A stretch of 64,000 nucleotides of DNA from an uncultured Chlamydiae bacterium (GTDB lineage Bacteria > Chlamydiota > Chlamydiia > Chlamydiales > Parachlamydiaceae). How positions within the stretch are numbered: the stretch's first letter is position 1; every line of letters begins with the position of its first letter. The position numbers and the translations under genes are program-made. A model generated the notes under the pieces. That model was not told where the DNA came from. It did no database searches and saw only the letters and a program-made list of their open reading frames with translations. This document shows, in pieces, positions 31,250 to 41,433 of this stretch. The stretch lies in NCBI GenBank assembly GCA_963754655.1, contig CAVWGN010000001.1, positions 1,952,001 through 2,016,000 of the forward strand, written 5' to 3'.

Positions 31250-31606
31250 AAATCGCCGAAAATCTGACTATTTTAGAAATGGAAAAAAACACAAACATTG
31301 ATATTTAAAAATTTACCTCTAACCAAATGCTAATTTTTAACTTCTAATCAAAGCTCGCTTTTCTTGCTCTTTCTTTAGGCTAGCTAAAGAAGAGGTTCCT
31401 CAACTTGCCATCAGATCAGTCGACTTTCTAGTTTTTTTGTCTTACCCGGAATATATAGGGAATTATTATTAAGAAGGAATAAAGATGAATTAAAAAATGA
31501 AACTTCTGTTTAGGTAACCACCTAGGGGCTTTTAATTAGAAATATTTGACAGAAAACTTCATATTTAGCCCAGCTCTTTTGGTAATCGCTACCAAAGGAG
31601 TAAAAA

Positions 31607-31980
31607 ATGGTCTCAAAATCATATAGAAATGATAGACGAATCTTGAAAAGGGAAATGAATATTGAGGAGTTTAAAGAAACTATTTTAAATGATTTGGTAT
31701 TATTCCCAACCCACGACAGGCGCAGCATTGAACCTAATAGACTTGAGTATATTTTTTTTATCATCCTCTCTGCCATGTTAGCGAGAGCGAATAGCATTAA
31801 TCAAATTGCAATATTTGCTAAATCCAAAGCCCAGTGGATAAGCGACTAATTGCAATAGAAACTATTCCAGGCTATGGAATTTTTGGTGGACATTCATCCG
31901 AATCAAGCCAGAATCTTTAAAGGCAATCTTAGTTGAATACTTAGAAACTGTTCCTCATGGATTAAGGGATCAAATAAACC
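31607..31980 (+). pseudogene. ISAs1-family (H-repeat) transposase N-terminal remnant
   Basis: DRR..RLEYIFFIILSAMLARANSINQIAIFAKSKAQWI, then stop/frameshift and IPGY..FWWTFIRIKPESL. Confidence 0.65.
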
Positions 31981-32150
31981 TATTTCTGTCGCGATTTCAA
32001 GGAGTCCATAAATCGCAATAAAAATGAGTTTGATAACCATAAGAATGAATTAATTTTATAGACTTATAAAGTTAAATATTATAATGTTATAAACTATAAA
32101 TTATAGATTTAATTAAATATCCTAATCAATTTAACCAAGTAATTATTATT

Positions 32151-33695
32151 ATGAAAACTCCATTTCTTCATTGGCCCACAATGCCAACCCCTACAAACGA
32201 AGCTTTTTTAGCTATCTCAATTCCCGAGGACGTTTTAGTAATTATTTTTGATCAGGTTGTCAATCAAAGTCAATCTGTGCGAGACATTTCTTCTATTCTA
32301 CTTACCTGCCATCAATGGAAATATATTTTCGAGAAAAAGCCTTGTATATCTTTAGTACAAGCTCTTTTTCAACTTCAAAATCATCATCAATCTGTGATTA
32401 AATTTCCCCAAGAGTGCTTGACAAAAAATGAACAAAACAAGAATTTTACATCGCAAGAACTTAAACTCATCGATCGAGTTCATAGCCGAATAGGATTTGA
32501 AAATTTATTAATGGTCGACTCAAAATTATTTCATCCAAAGAGTTTGTTTCTTTCTCTTTTAGATCGCTATTCATGGAATCCTGAAGTTTGTAAAAAGAGC
32601 GCCAATGAAAATATCCAGTTTGTGGCTAAAGAACAATTGTCTATTTTAAATTCCCTTATATTCGACACAGATGACCAAAGATTGAACGTTATTAAACATG
32701 ACTTTATCGAAAAGTTTTACCTGGGTAGCATTCAAAATAAAAGCTATGGAGATGAAACATGGATGCAAGTAGAAAAATCTATTATCTCTACACTTAAAAA
32801 ATTTCCTAATTTTAATGATAAAAAATTTTTCATTAAATTTGCTAAATGTTTTGGAAGTTCTGTTTTTAATATAAACGAAGACTTTAAAAAAGATCGGGAG
32901 ATTGTCTTAACTGTTGTTCAGCAAAATGGTATGGCCCTTCAATTTGCAAATGAAAGCCTTAAAAAAGATCGAGAAATTGTCTTGGCTGCTATTAAGAAAA
33001 ATGGCGACGCTCTTGCATATGCAGATAAAAGCTTTAAAAAAGATCGGGAGATTGTCTTGGCGGCCATTAAGCAACATGGCTGGGCTTTTGTCTATGCAGA
33101 TGAAAGCCTTAAAAAAGATCGAGAAATTGTCTTAGCTGCTGTTACGCAAGCTGGACACACTCTTCAACGCATAGATGAAAGCTTTAAAAAAGATCAAGAG
33201 ATTGTCTTAGCTGCTGTTAAGCAAGATGGACGCGCTCTTGACTGTGCAGATAAAAGCCTTACAAAAGATCAAGAAGTTGTCTTGGCTGCTGTTAAGCAAG
33301 ATGGACGCGCTCTTCAATATGCAGATGAAAGCCTTAGAAACGATCGAGAAGTTGTCTTGGCTGCCGTTAAACAAAGAGGCGGCGCTCTTAAATATGCAAA
33401 TGAAAATCTTAAAAAAGATCGAGCGTTTGTCTTGTTGGCTGTTCAGCAAAGAGGCTGCGCTCTTGAATACGCAGATGAAAGCTTTAAAAAAGATCGAGCG
33501 TTTGTCTTGTTGGCTGTTCAACAAAGAGGCTGCGCTCTTGAATATGCAGATGAAAGCCTTAGAAAAGATCGAGAAATTGTCTTGGCGGCCGTTAAACAAA
33601 ATAGCCGGGCTATTCACTATGCAGATAAAAATCTTCAAAAAGATCAAGAGATTGTCTTGGCTGCCTCTCAGCAAGATGGTAAGGCTCTTCAATAA
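32151..33695 (+). CDS. F-box-like + 25-aa repeat (DUF4116-like) protein, paralog 1 (11 repeats)
   Basis: IPEDVLVIIFDQV..ILLTCHQW; repeats DESLKKDREIVLAAVKQxGxALxYA. Confidence 0.85.
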   Translation: MKTPFLHWPTMPTPTNEAFLAISIPEDVLVIIFDQVVNQSQSVRDISSILLTCHQWKYIFEKKPCISLVQALFQLQNHHQSVIKFPQECLTKNEQNKNFTSQELKLIDRVHSRIGFENLLMVDSKLFHPKSLFLSLLDRYSWNPEVCKKSANENIQFVAKEQLSILNSLIFDTDDQRLNVIKHDFIEKFYLGSIQNKSYGDETWMQVEKSIISTLKKFPNFNDKKFFIKFAKCFGSSVFNINEDFKKDREIVLTVVQQNGMALQFANESLKKDREIVLAAIKKNGDALAYADKSFKKDREIVLAAIKQHGWAFVYADESLKKDREIVLAAVTQAGHTLQRIDESFKKDQEIVLAAVKQDGRALDCADKSLTKDQEVVLAAVKQDGRALQYADESLRNDREVVLAAVKQRGGALKYANENLKKDRAFVLLAVQQRGCALEYADESFKKDRAFVLLAVQQRGCALEYADESLRKDREIVLAAVKQNSRAIHYADKNLQKDQEIVLAASQQDGKALQ

Positions 33696-34156
33696 TGCAG
33701 ATGCAAGCCTTAAAAAAGATTAAGAGATTGTCTTATTAGCCTTTCCCTTTCAGCAAAAATAGCTCGACTCTTATATATGCCAATGAAATTTTAAAAAATT
33801 TATAGCAAATTTTTAGTCGGTTGACAAAAGATAATCAAAAAGTTGACAATAGAAATAGGAAGTATCTAAATGTTCCTTGCCTTCCATCACTATTATCTAC
33901 TCCTCAAAATACCCCAGCTTTTTTCTCCCGACCTGCTTTCCTTCAACATTTGCTGAGATAGATTCGAGTGTTTTGATGAAAATTATTCAGTAGAGTAACA
34001 TGTAATAAGGATCATATCCGCCTGTTCAACGGAAATAAGGAACCTTCTTCTCCCAGCAAAAAATCATTCAAGAAATGTAAGTTTATAGACTTATAAAATT
34101 AAATATTATAAATTTACTCTAACTATTGCATTAATCAATTTAATCAAAAAATAATT

Positions 34157-35578
34157 ATGAAAACTTCCTTCTTTTATTCATCCACAATGCCAAACATTTC
34201 AAATGAAGATTTTTTAGACAGCTTGCCTAATGAGGTGTTAGGAATTATTTTTGATCAGGTTGTCAATCAAAGCCAATCTTCACCTGATATTTATTCTATT
34301 CTACTTACTTGTCAAAAATGGAAACACGTTATTGAGGAGCATCCTTGCATCTCATTAGTGCAGGCTCTTTTTCAACTTAAGTTTAGCCATCGAGCCGCTA
34401 TTAAGATTCCCCAGGAGTGTATCATAACTAAGCACAAGCAGCATTTTACATGTCAGGAATTTAAACTGATCAATCGGGTCCATAGTGACAAAAGATTTGA
34501 AAAATTGTTAATGATCAAGTCAGAATTATTTCAAGTGAATAGTGTATTTCTTTCTCTTTTGGATCGCTATCCGTGGGATTTTGAAGTTTGCAAAAAAAGT
34601 GCCAATAAAAACATCCAGCATATAGCTGAAAAACAATCATCTATTTTAAGCTCTCTTATATCTGGCACTGATGAAGAAAGATTAACCATTATCAAAAATG
34701 ACTTTATCGAAAAATTTTATCATGGCGGTCGAGGTCGGATATGGCAAACGGCCGAAAGATTTCTCATCTCCACACTCAAAAAATTTACTCCTTTTAACGA
34801 TAACGCACTTTTTATTAAAGTTGCTCGCTGTTTTGGACATGCTGTTTTTGATATAGATGAAAGCCTTAAAAAAGATCGAGAGATTGTCTTGGCTGCCCTC
34901 CAGCAAAATGGCATGAATTTTCAATTTGCAGATGAAAGCCTTAAAAAAGATCGAGAGATTGCCTTAGCTGCCATTAATCAAGATGCTTGGGCTCTTCAAT
35001 TTGCAGATGAAAGTCTTAAAAAAGATCGAGACATTGTCTTAGCTGCTGTTCAGCAATATGGCCAAGCTCTTCGATATGCAGATGGAAGCCTTAAAAAAGA
35101 TCGAGACATTGTCTTAGCTGCCGTTAATCAGGATAGCGTAGCTCTTCAATATGCAGATGATCGTCTTAAAAAAGATCAAGAAATTGTCTTGGCTGCTGTT
35201 CAACAAAATGGTATGAATCTTCAATTTGCAGATGAAAGCCTTAAAAAAGACCGAGAGATTGTTTTGGTTGCCGTTAAGCAAAATGGCTTAGCTCTTCTAT
35301 ATGCAAATGAAAGCCTTAAAAAAGATCGAGAAGTTGTTTTGTTTGCCGTCAAGCAATATGGCTGGGCTCTTATATTTGCAGATGAAAGCCTTAAAAAAGA
35401 TCGAGAGATTGTTTTGGCTGCCGTTCAGGAGTATGGCTGGTCTCTTCTATTTGCAGATTCAAGCTTTAAAAAAGATCGAGAAATTGTCTTGGCTGCCGTT
35501 AAGGAAAATGACAGAGTTCTTCTATTTGCAGATGAAATCGTTAAAAAAGATCAAGAGATTATTTTTGCTCCTCTTTAG
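34157..35578 (+). CDS. F-box-like + DUF4116-like repeat protein, paralog 2 (10 repeats)
   Basis: LPNEVLGIIFDQV..LLTCQKW; 75-bp repeat units. Confidence 0.85.
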   Translation: MKTSFFYSSTMPNISNEDFLDSLPNEVLGIIFDQVVNQSQSSPDIYSILLTCQKWKHVIEEHPCISLVQALFQLKFSHRAAIKIPQECIITKHKQHFTCQEFKLINRVHSDKRFEKLLMIKSELFQVNSVFLSLLDRYPWDFEVCKKSANKNIQHIAEKQSSILSSLISGTDEERLTIIKNDFIEKFYHGGRGRIWQTAERFLISTLKKFTPFNDNALFIKVARCFGHAVFDIDESLKKDREIVLAALQQNGMNFQFADESLKKDREIALAAINQDAWALQFADESLKKDRDIVLAAVQQYGQALRYADGSLKKDRDIVLAAVNQDSVALQYADDRLKKDQEIVLAAVQQNGMNLQFADESLKKDREIVLVAVKQNGLALLYANESLKKDREVVLFAVKQYGWALIFADESLKKDREIVLAAVQEYGWSLLFADSSFKKDREIVLAAVKENDRVLLFADEIVKKDQEIIFAPL

Positions 35579-35837
35579 CAAGATAGGCTTGTTTATCCCA
35601 TATGCAGATTTAAGCCTTCAAGAAAACCTTTAATTTCACTAAATAACACTATCTTGTCAACTTTGCAAATTTTTAGTTCAGTTAACAGAGTGTCATGTAA
35701 CCTGAAGGGCTTCCAGTGTCAAATATTTTTAGTAAAAACACCCTGCCTAGAATGCTGTGTATAAAGACCCTTTGCTATGAATATTTAAATGATCTAAGTA
35801 CAACAACCATTTTTTCTGGTTCACAGTACCCTTCCAC

Positions 35838-36987
35838 CGGGACTTAACAAAGAACTATTTTTGGACTTGATATTCGTCGCATCAATTTAACAACACCACG
35901 GCTGTAATAGACTTTAGAGGCATATCTCCCGAAAATAACGCGAAAAACATCAAGCCCAAAACAGTTCTTTGTTAAGTCCCGGCATATGGCTAGGTAATCG
36001 GAATTTTTATCTTTGTTTTTGCAATGTTGCTTGATCCATATCCTTTCCCTCAGCGACGAGTGGCGTTAGCCGCGCATGGATAGTAGCCGTGGATGTAGGC
36101 GCAAGCCGAAACCCACGGTTACCCTCAAAACAAATTTGAGCCACGTTAGTGGCGTAGCATTCGTTTAAATAAACATTGCTCCACAATCACATTTCCTACG
36201 CCACTAACGTGGCTTCATTTTTTTACCATACACCGTGGGTTTCGGCTTGCGCCTACACCCACGGCTACTATCCATGCGCGGCTAACGCCGCTTGAGCGAC
36301 AAATTTAGCTTCTGGAGTTTGCCAGAAGCATTTCGATCCTAGCCTATGGCCGGGACTTAACAAAGAACTGTTTTGGGCTTGATGTTTTTCGTGCCATTTT
36401 CGGGAAATATGCCTCTAAAGTCTATTATAGGCGCGGTGTTGTTAAATTGACGGGACGAATATCAAGCTCAAAACAGTTCTTTGTTAAGTCCCGGCCATAG
36501 GCTAGGATCGAAATGCTTCCGGCAAACTCCAGAAGCTAAATTTGTCGCTCAAGCGGCGTTAGCCGCGCATGGATAGTAGCCGTGGGTGTAGGCGCAAGCC
36601 GAAACCCACGGCTACCCTCAAAACAAATTTGAGCCACGTTAGTGGCGTAGCATTCGTTTAAATAAACATTGCTCCACAATCACATTTCCTACGCCACTAA
36701 CGTGGCTTCATTTTTTTTACCATACACCGTGGGTTCCGGCTTGCGCCTACACCCACGGCTACTATCCATGCGCGGCTAACGCCGCTTGAGCGACAAATTT
36801 AGCTTCTGGAGTTTGCCAGAAGCATTTCCTTCCTATCCTATGGCCGGGACTTAACAAAGAACTGTTTTGGGCTTGATGTTTTTCGTGCCATTTTCGGGAA
36901 ATATGCCTCTAAAGTCTATTACAGGCGCGGTGTTGTTAAATTGACGGGACGAATATCAAGCCCAAAACAGTTCTTTGTTAAGTCCCA
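35838..36987. mobile_element. Expanded composite palindromic array A-[B]-A-[B]-A
   Basis: A at 35838-35981, 36351-36493, 36845-36987; B at 36059-36292, 36552-36786; first unit near-identical to 5164-5823; flanks CCCTTCCAC / GCCCTCCAC. Confidence 0.88.
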
Positions 36988-37139
36988 GCCCTCCACTATC
37001 TACTCAATCATTCATTGCAAATGCAAAGCCATTTTTGATTAAAATATTCGCGAGAGCATACAATAGAGTGTTCACCTGTCCCAGCATAGGTGACGTCCTT
37101 CTATCCTGACAAAAAGCATTTATAAATGAATTAACTTTG

Positions 37140-38069
37140 TGTTAAACTAATTTAGAAATTTCCGCTTTGGCCAATTTAGAAATTTCCGATTTTCTATAAA
37201 TAATTATATCACATTCCTTAATTCCTTTTGTTTCATATGGATGTTAAATGATTGATTTTTCCAAGGATGAGTAGATTTTTTTGGATGGCCAAATTCTTGA
37301 ATTCCAATCTTGCATTTTATCCTCATTTTCAGAAGGCAATTCGTTATATGGGATAAAATGAAGTTCTTTATCCTTAAAGAATAAACGCAAAATTCCATTT
37401 CTTTGTTGCCTTATTTCAATTTTAGCCTTTTTGGAAGTGTAAAATTCCTTTCTTCACAAATTTGATAAATTTTGTTATTAAAATGAATGGACAGATCGTT
37501 TGTTAAAGTTCTTTCCTCGTACCTGCATAAAATACGAGAAAGATCATTTTCTAGGGGGCCGGTGAGCATCAAAAGTGCTAGCCGGTTCCTTAGAAAATTT
37601 ATTATTATGTAAAGGAATGTATTTTTTAAAAAATTCATTGGCATCTTTTAGGTTTGGGATATTCCTAAGCCGCATTGATGAATCTCCTGCAATTTCTCAC
37701 TAATAAGTGTTAGACCAAAATCTTCATAATGCTCTTTAATGAGATCCAAAACTTTTCTTTTAAATTGCGGATTATAGCTTCGGTTACTTGATTTTCCGCG
37801 CTGTTTGGATACCAAGCCTTTAAGGCCTTGCCTCCTATGCTCATAAAGAAGATTGCGCACTTGCCTTGTCGATAGATTTAATAATCTGCACTTTACTTGC
37901 GAAATATGCTTGGTATTGATTTCTAATAAAATTCTATAACGTTCAAGTTTTTTACTAGACATTTCCAATATTTCCTCCATTTTAGACCTCCTTTGTGTAA
38001 GGAAGTCATTTACCAAAAACGGAAATTTCTAACTTGGTAGAAACCGGAAATTTCTAATTTGTTCTAACA
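37140..38069 (-). mobile_element. IS1202/ISNCY-like element, internally deleted, transposase pseudogene
   Basis: TGT..ACA ends each with two TTAGAAATTTCCG motifs; 16-bp direct repeat AAATGAATTAACTTTG (37124-37139, 38070-38085); fragments LSTRQVRNL..RGKSSNR..YEDFG and LCRYEERTLTNDLSIHFNNKIYQI. Confidence 0.85.
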
Positions 38070-38104
38070 AAATGAATTAACTTTGTATACTGATAAAGTT
38101 AAAT

Positions 38105-38160
38105 ATTATAAAATTATAAAATTATAAAATTATAAAATTATAAAATTATAAAATTATAAA
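38105..38160. repeat. VNTR (ATTATAAA)x7
   Basis: Seven perfect 8-bp units ending 43 bp upstream of paralog 3 ATG. Confidence 0.9.
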
Positions 38161-38203
38161 TTTAACTAAATTAAATACTAATCAATTTAAACAAAGAATT
38201 ATT

Positions 38204-39610
38204 ATGAAAACTACCCTCCATTGGCCTACAATCCCAAACATTTCAAACGAAGCTTTTTTAGCTACCTCACTTCCCGAGGAAGTTTTAGGAATTATTTTTG
38301 ATCAGGTTGTCAATCAAAATCAATCTGTGCAAGACATTTTTTCTATTCTACTTACCTGTCATCAATGGAAATGTGTTTTTGATAAAAACCCTTGCATATC
38401 TTTGGTGCAAGCTCTTTTTCAACTTCAACATCATCCTCAATCTGAAATTAAGTTTCCCCAAGAGTGCCTGAGAGTTGAACAAGACAAGAATTTTACGTCG
38501 CAAGAACTTAAACTCATCGACCGATTTCATAGCCAACAAGGATTTGAAAATTTATTAATGCGCGACTCAAAATTATTTCACCCAAAGAGTTTATTTCTTT
38601 CTCTTTTAGACCACTATTCATGGAATCCTGAAAGTTGCAAAACCAGCACCAATGAAAATATCCAGCGTGTGGCTGAAGAACAATTGTCTATTTTAAATTC
38701 CCTTATATTAGGCACGGATGACCAAAGATTAGCCGTTATTAAACATGACTTTATCGAAAAATTTTACCTGGGTGTTAGTCAAAATAAAACTAATCGAGAT
38801 GAAACATGGAGACAATTAGAAAGATCTGTTATCTCTACACTTAAAAAATTTCCCAATTTTAACGATAAAAAAGTTTTTATTAAATGTGTTCAATGCTTTG
38901 GACGTTCTGTTTTTACTATAAACGACAGCTTTAAAAAAGATCGGGAGATGGTCTTGGCTGCTGTTAAGCAAAATGAAACAACTCTTCACTATGTAGATGA
39001 AAGCTTTAAAAAAGATCAAGAGATTGTCTTGGTTGCTGTTAAGCGATGTGGGAACATGCTTCACCATGTAGATGAAAGCTTTAAAAAAGATCGAGAAATT
39101 GTCTTAGCTGCTGTTAAGCAACAGTTCCGCATTCTACAATTTATAGATGAAAGCCTTAAAAAAGATCGAGAGATTGTCTTAGCTGCTGTTAAGCAAGATG
39201 GACGCGCTCTTCAATATGCAGCTGAAAGCCTTAAAAAAGATCGAAAACTTGTCTTGGCTGCGGTTAAGCAAAGAGGCGAGGCTCTTCAATATGCAGATGA
39301 AAGCCTTAAAAAAGATCGAGACTTTGTCTTGTCGGCTGTTCAACAAAGAAGCGGCGCTCTTGAATATGCAGATAAAAGCTTTCAAAAAGATCGAGACTTT
39401 GTCTTGTTAGCTGTTCAGCAAAGAGGCAGCGCTCTTGAATATGCAGATGCAAGCTTTAGAAAAGATCGAGACATTGTCTTGGCTGCTGTTAAGCAATATG
39501 GCTGGGCTCTTCAATATGCAGATGCAAGTCTTAAAAAAGATCAAGAGATTGTCGAGGCGGCTGCCGTTAAGCAAAATGTCTATGCGTTTGCGTTTAGCTT
39601 GTTGGGCTAG
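38204..39610 (+). CDS. F-box-like + DUF4116-like repeat protein, paralog 3 (9 repeats)
   Basis: LPEEVLGIIFDQV..LLTCHQW; closest to paralog 1. Confidence 0.85.
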   Translation: MKTTLHWPTIPNISNEAFLATSLPEEVLGIIFDQVVNQNQSVQDIFSILLTCHQWKCVFDKNPCISLVQALFQLQHHPQSEIKFPQECLRVEQDKNFTSQELKLIDRFHSQQGFENLLMRDSKLFHPKSLFLSLLDHYSWNPESCKTSTNENIQRVAEEQLSILNSLILGTDDQRLAVIKHDFIEKFYLGVSQNKTNRDETWRQLERSVISTLKKFPNFNDKKVFIKCVQCFGRSVFTINDSFKKDREMVLAAVKQNETTLHYVDESFKKDQEIVLVAVKRCGNMLHHVDESFKKDREIVLAAVKQQFRILQFIDESLKKDREIVLAAVKQDGRALQYAAESLKKDRKLVLAAVKQRGEALQYADESLKKDRDFVLSAVQQRSGALEYADKSFQKDRDFVLLAVQQRGSALEYADASFRKDRDIVLAAVKQYGWALQYADASLKKDQEIVEAAAVKQNVYAFAFSLLG

Positions 39611-39636
39611 AATGCTGTGTATAAAGACCCGGTAAG

Positions 39637-39722
39637 TGACTTTATCGAAAAATTTTACCTGGATAGCATTCAAAATAAAAATGATCGAGATGAAACATGG
39701 AATCAAGTAGAAAAATCTATTA
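39637..39722 (+). pseudogene. Orphan fragment of a further paralog
   Basis: DFIEKFYLDSIQNKNDRDETWNQVEKSI, homologous to 32699-32784. Confidence 0.7.
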
Positions 39723-39886
39723 AAATGAATGTATCCCATCTCCTCCAAAAGATAAGAAACCCTCTTCTTCTCTGACAGAGAAGCATTCATGAATGACTTA
39801 ACTTCGTAGACTTATAAAATTAAATATTTTAAAATTAAAATTATATATTTAATCTAAATACCACACTATTTAATTTAAAAATAATT

Positions 39887-41287
39887 ATGCAAATAATCAC
39901 CTTTAATTCAGATAAAATGGAAAACACTTCAAATGAAGCATTTTTAGACACCTTACTTCCCAAGGAGGTGTTGGGAGTTATTTTTGACCAGGTTGTCAAT
40001 CAAAGCCAATCTTTAGCCGATATTTCTTCTATTTTACTCACCTGTCAAAAATGGAAAGACGTTCTTGAGGAGAACCCGTGCATCTCTTTAGTGCAGGCCC
40101 TGTTTCAAGTTAAAATGAGTCATGGATCTGCTATTAAGCTTCCCCAGGAGTGTATTAAAACTGAGCAAAAGAAGTATTTTACATCTCAGGAACTTAAACT
40201 GATCGATCTAGTTCATAGTGAAAAAAGATTTGAAAAATTGTTAATGGTTAAGTCCGAATTATTTCAATTGAATAGTTTATTTCTTTCTCTTTTGGATCGC
40301 TATCCGTGGGATCTTGAAACTTGCAAAAATAGCGCCAATAAAAATATCCAGCTTGTGGCTGAAAAACAATTGTCTATTTTAAACTCTCTTGCATCAGGCA
40401 CTGATGACCAAATATTAACCGTTATCAAAGATGACTTTATTGAAAAATTTTACCAGGGTAGTCGAGGTGAAACATGGCAGCCGGCAAAAACATCTATCAT
40501 CTCCACGCTTAAAAAATTTCCCAATTTTAATGATAAAAAACTTTTTATTAAAGTTGCTCATTGTTTTGGACGTTCGGTTTTTGATATACATGAAGGCTTT
40601 AAAAATGATCGAGAGATTGTCTTGGCTGCCGTTCAGCAAAATGGCTGGGCTCTGCAATATGCGCATGAAAGCCTTCAAAAAGATCGAGAGATTGTCCTGA
40701 CAGCTGTTCAGCAAACTGCCTGGGTTCTTCAATTTGCACATGCAAGCCTTCAAGAGGATCGACAGATTGTTTTAGCTGCCGTTAAGCAAAATGGTTGGGC
40801 TGTTCAATATGCAAATGAAAGCCTTCAAAAAGATCGAGAAATTTTCTTGGCTGCCGTTAAGCAATATAGCTGGGCTCTTCAATTTGCAGATGAAAACCTT
40901 AAAAAAGATCGTGAGATTGTTTTGGCTGCCATTCAACAAGATGGCAGATCTCTTAGATATGCAGATGAAAGTTTAAAAAAAGATCGAGATATTGTCTTAG
41001 CTGCCGTTCAGCAAAATGGCTGGGCCCTTCAATATGCAGATGAAAGCCTTAAAAAAGATCGAGAGATTTTCTTGGCTGCCGTTCAGCAGAATGGCTGGGC
41101 TCTTCAATTTGCGGATGAAAACTTTAAAAAAGATCGAGAGATTATCTTAGCTGCCGTTCAACAAGATGGTAGAGCTCTTCGATATGCAGATGAGAGTTTT
41201 AAAAAAGATCGAGAAATTGTTTTGACTGCCATTAAGCAAAATCGTTTGTCTGTTCACTATGCAGATTTAAGCCTTCAAATAGTATAA
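39887..41287 (+). CDS. F-box-like + DUF4116-like repeat protein, paralog 4 (9 repeats)
   Basis: LPKEVLGVIFDQV..LLTCQKW; repeat array. Confidence 0.85.
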   Translation: MQIITFNSDKMENTSNEAFLDTLLPKEVLGVIFDQVVNQSQSLADISSILLTCQKWKDVLEENPCISLVQALFQVKMSHGSAIKLPQECIKTEQKKYFTSQELKLIDLVHSEKRFEKLLMVKSELFQLNSLFLSLLDRYPWDLETCKNSANKNIQLVAEKQLSILNSLASGTDDQILTVIKDDFIEKFYQGSRGETWQPAKTSIISTLKKFPNFNDKKLFIKVAHCFGRSVFDIHEGFKNDREIVLAAVQQNGWALQYAHESLQKDREIVLTAVQQTAWVLQFAHASLQEDRQIVLAAVKQNGWAVQYANESLQKDREIFLAAVKQYSWALQFADENLKKDREIVLAAIQQDGRSLRYADESLKKDRDIVLAAVQQNGWALQYADESLKKDREIFLAAVQQNGWALQFADENFKKDREIILAAVQQDGRALRYADESFKKDREIVLTAIKQNRLSVHYADLSLQIV

Positions 41288-41433
41288 GATATTTGGGCGG
41301 AAGATCTTGACAGAGAAATATTCATAAAATATCTAGACTTAAAAAATAAAAAAAACACAAAATCAATAAAAAAAATTAAGTATATAGATTTAAGACAAAA
41401 TTCATAATAATTATTCTAATTTAAAAAATAATT

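Noticed and set aside
35838..36987. CRISPR array
   Set aside because: Repeats are inverted and long, intervening sequences are near-identical rather than unique spacers, and there are no cas genes
38089..38112. dif/Xer-like site next to the IS1202-like element
   Set aside because: AT-rich motif is simply the conserved upstream region of the paralogs; no convincing XerC/XerD arms
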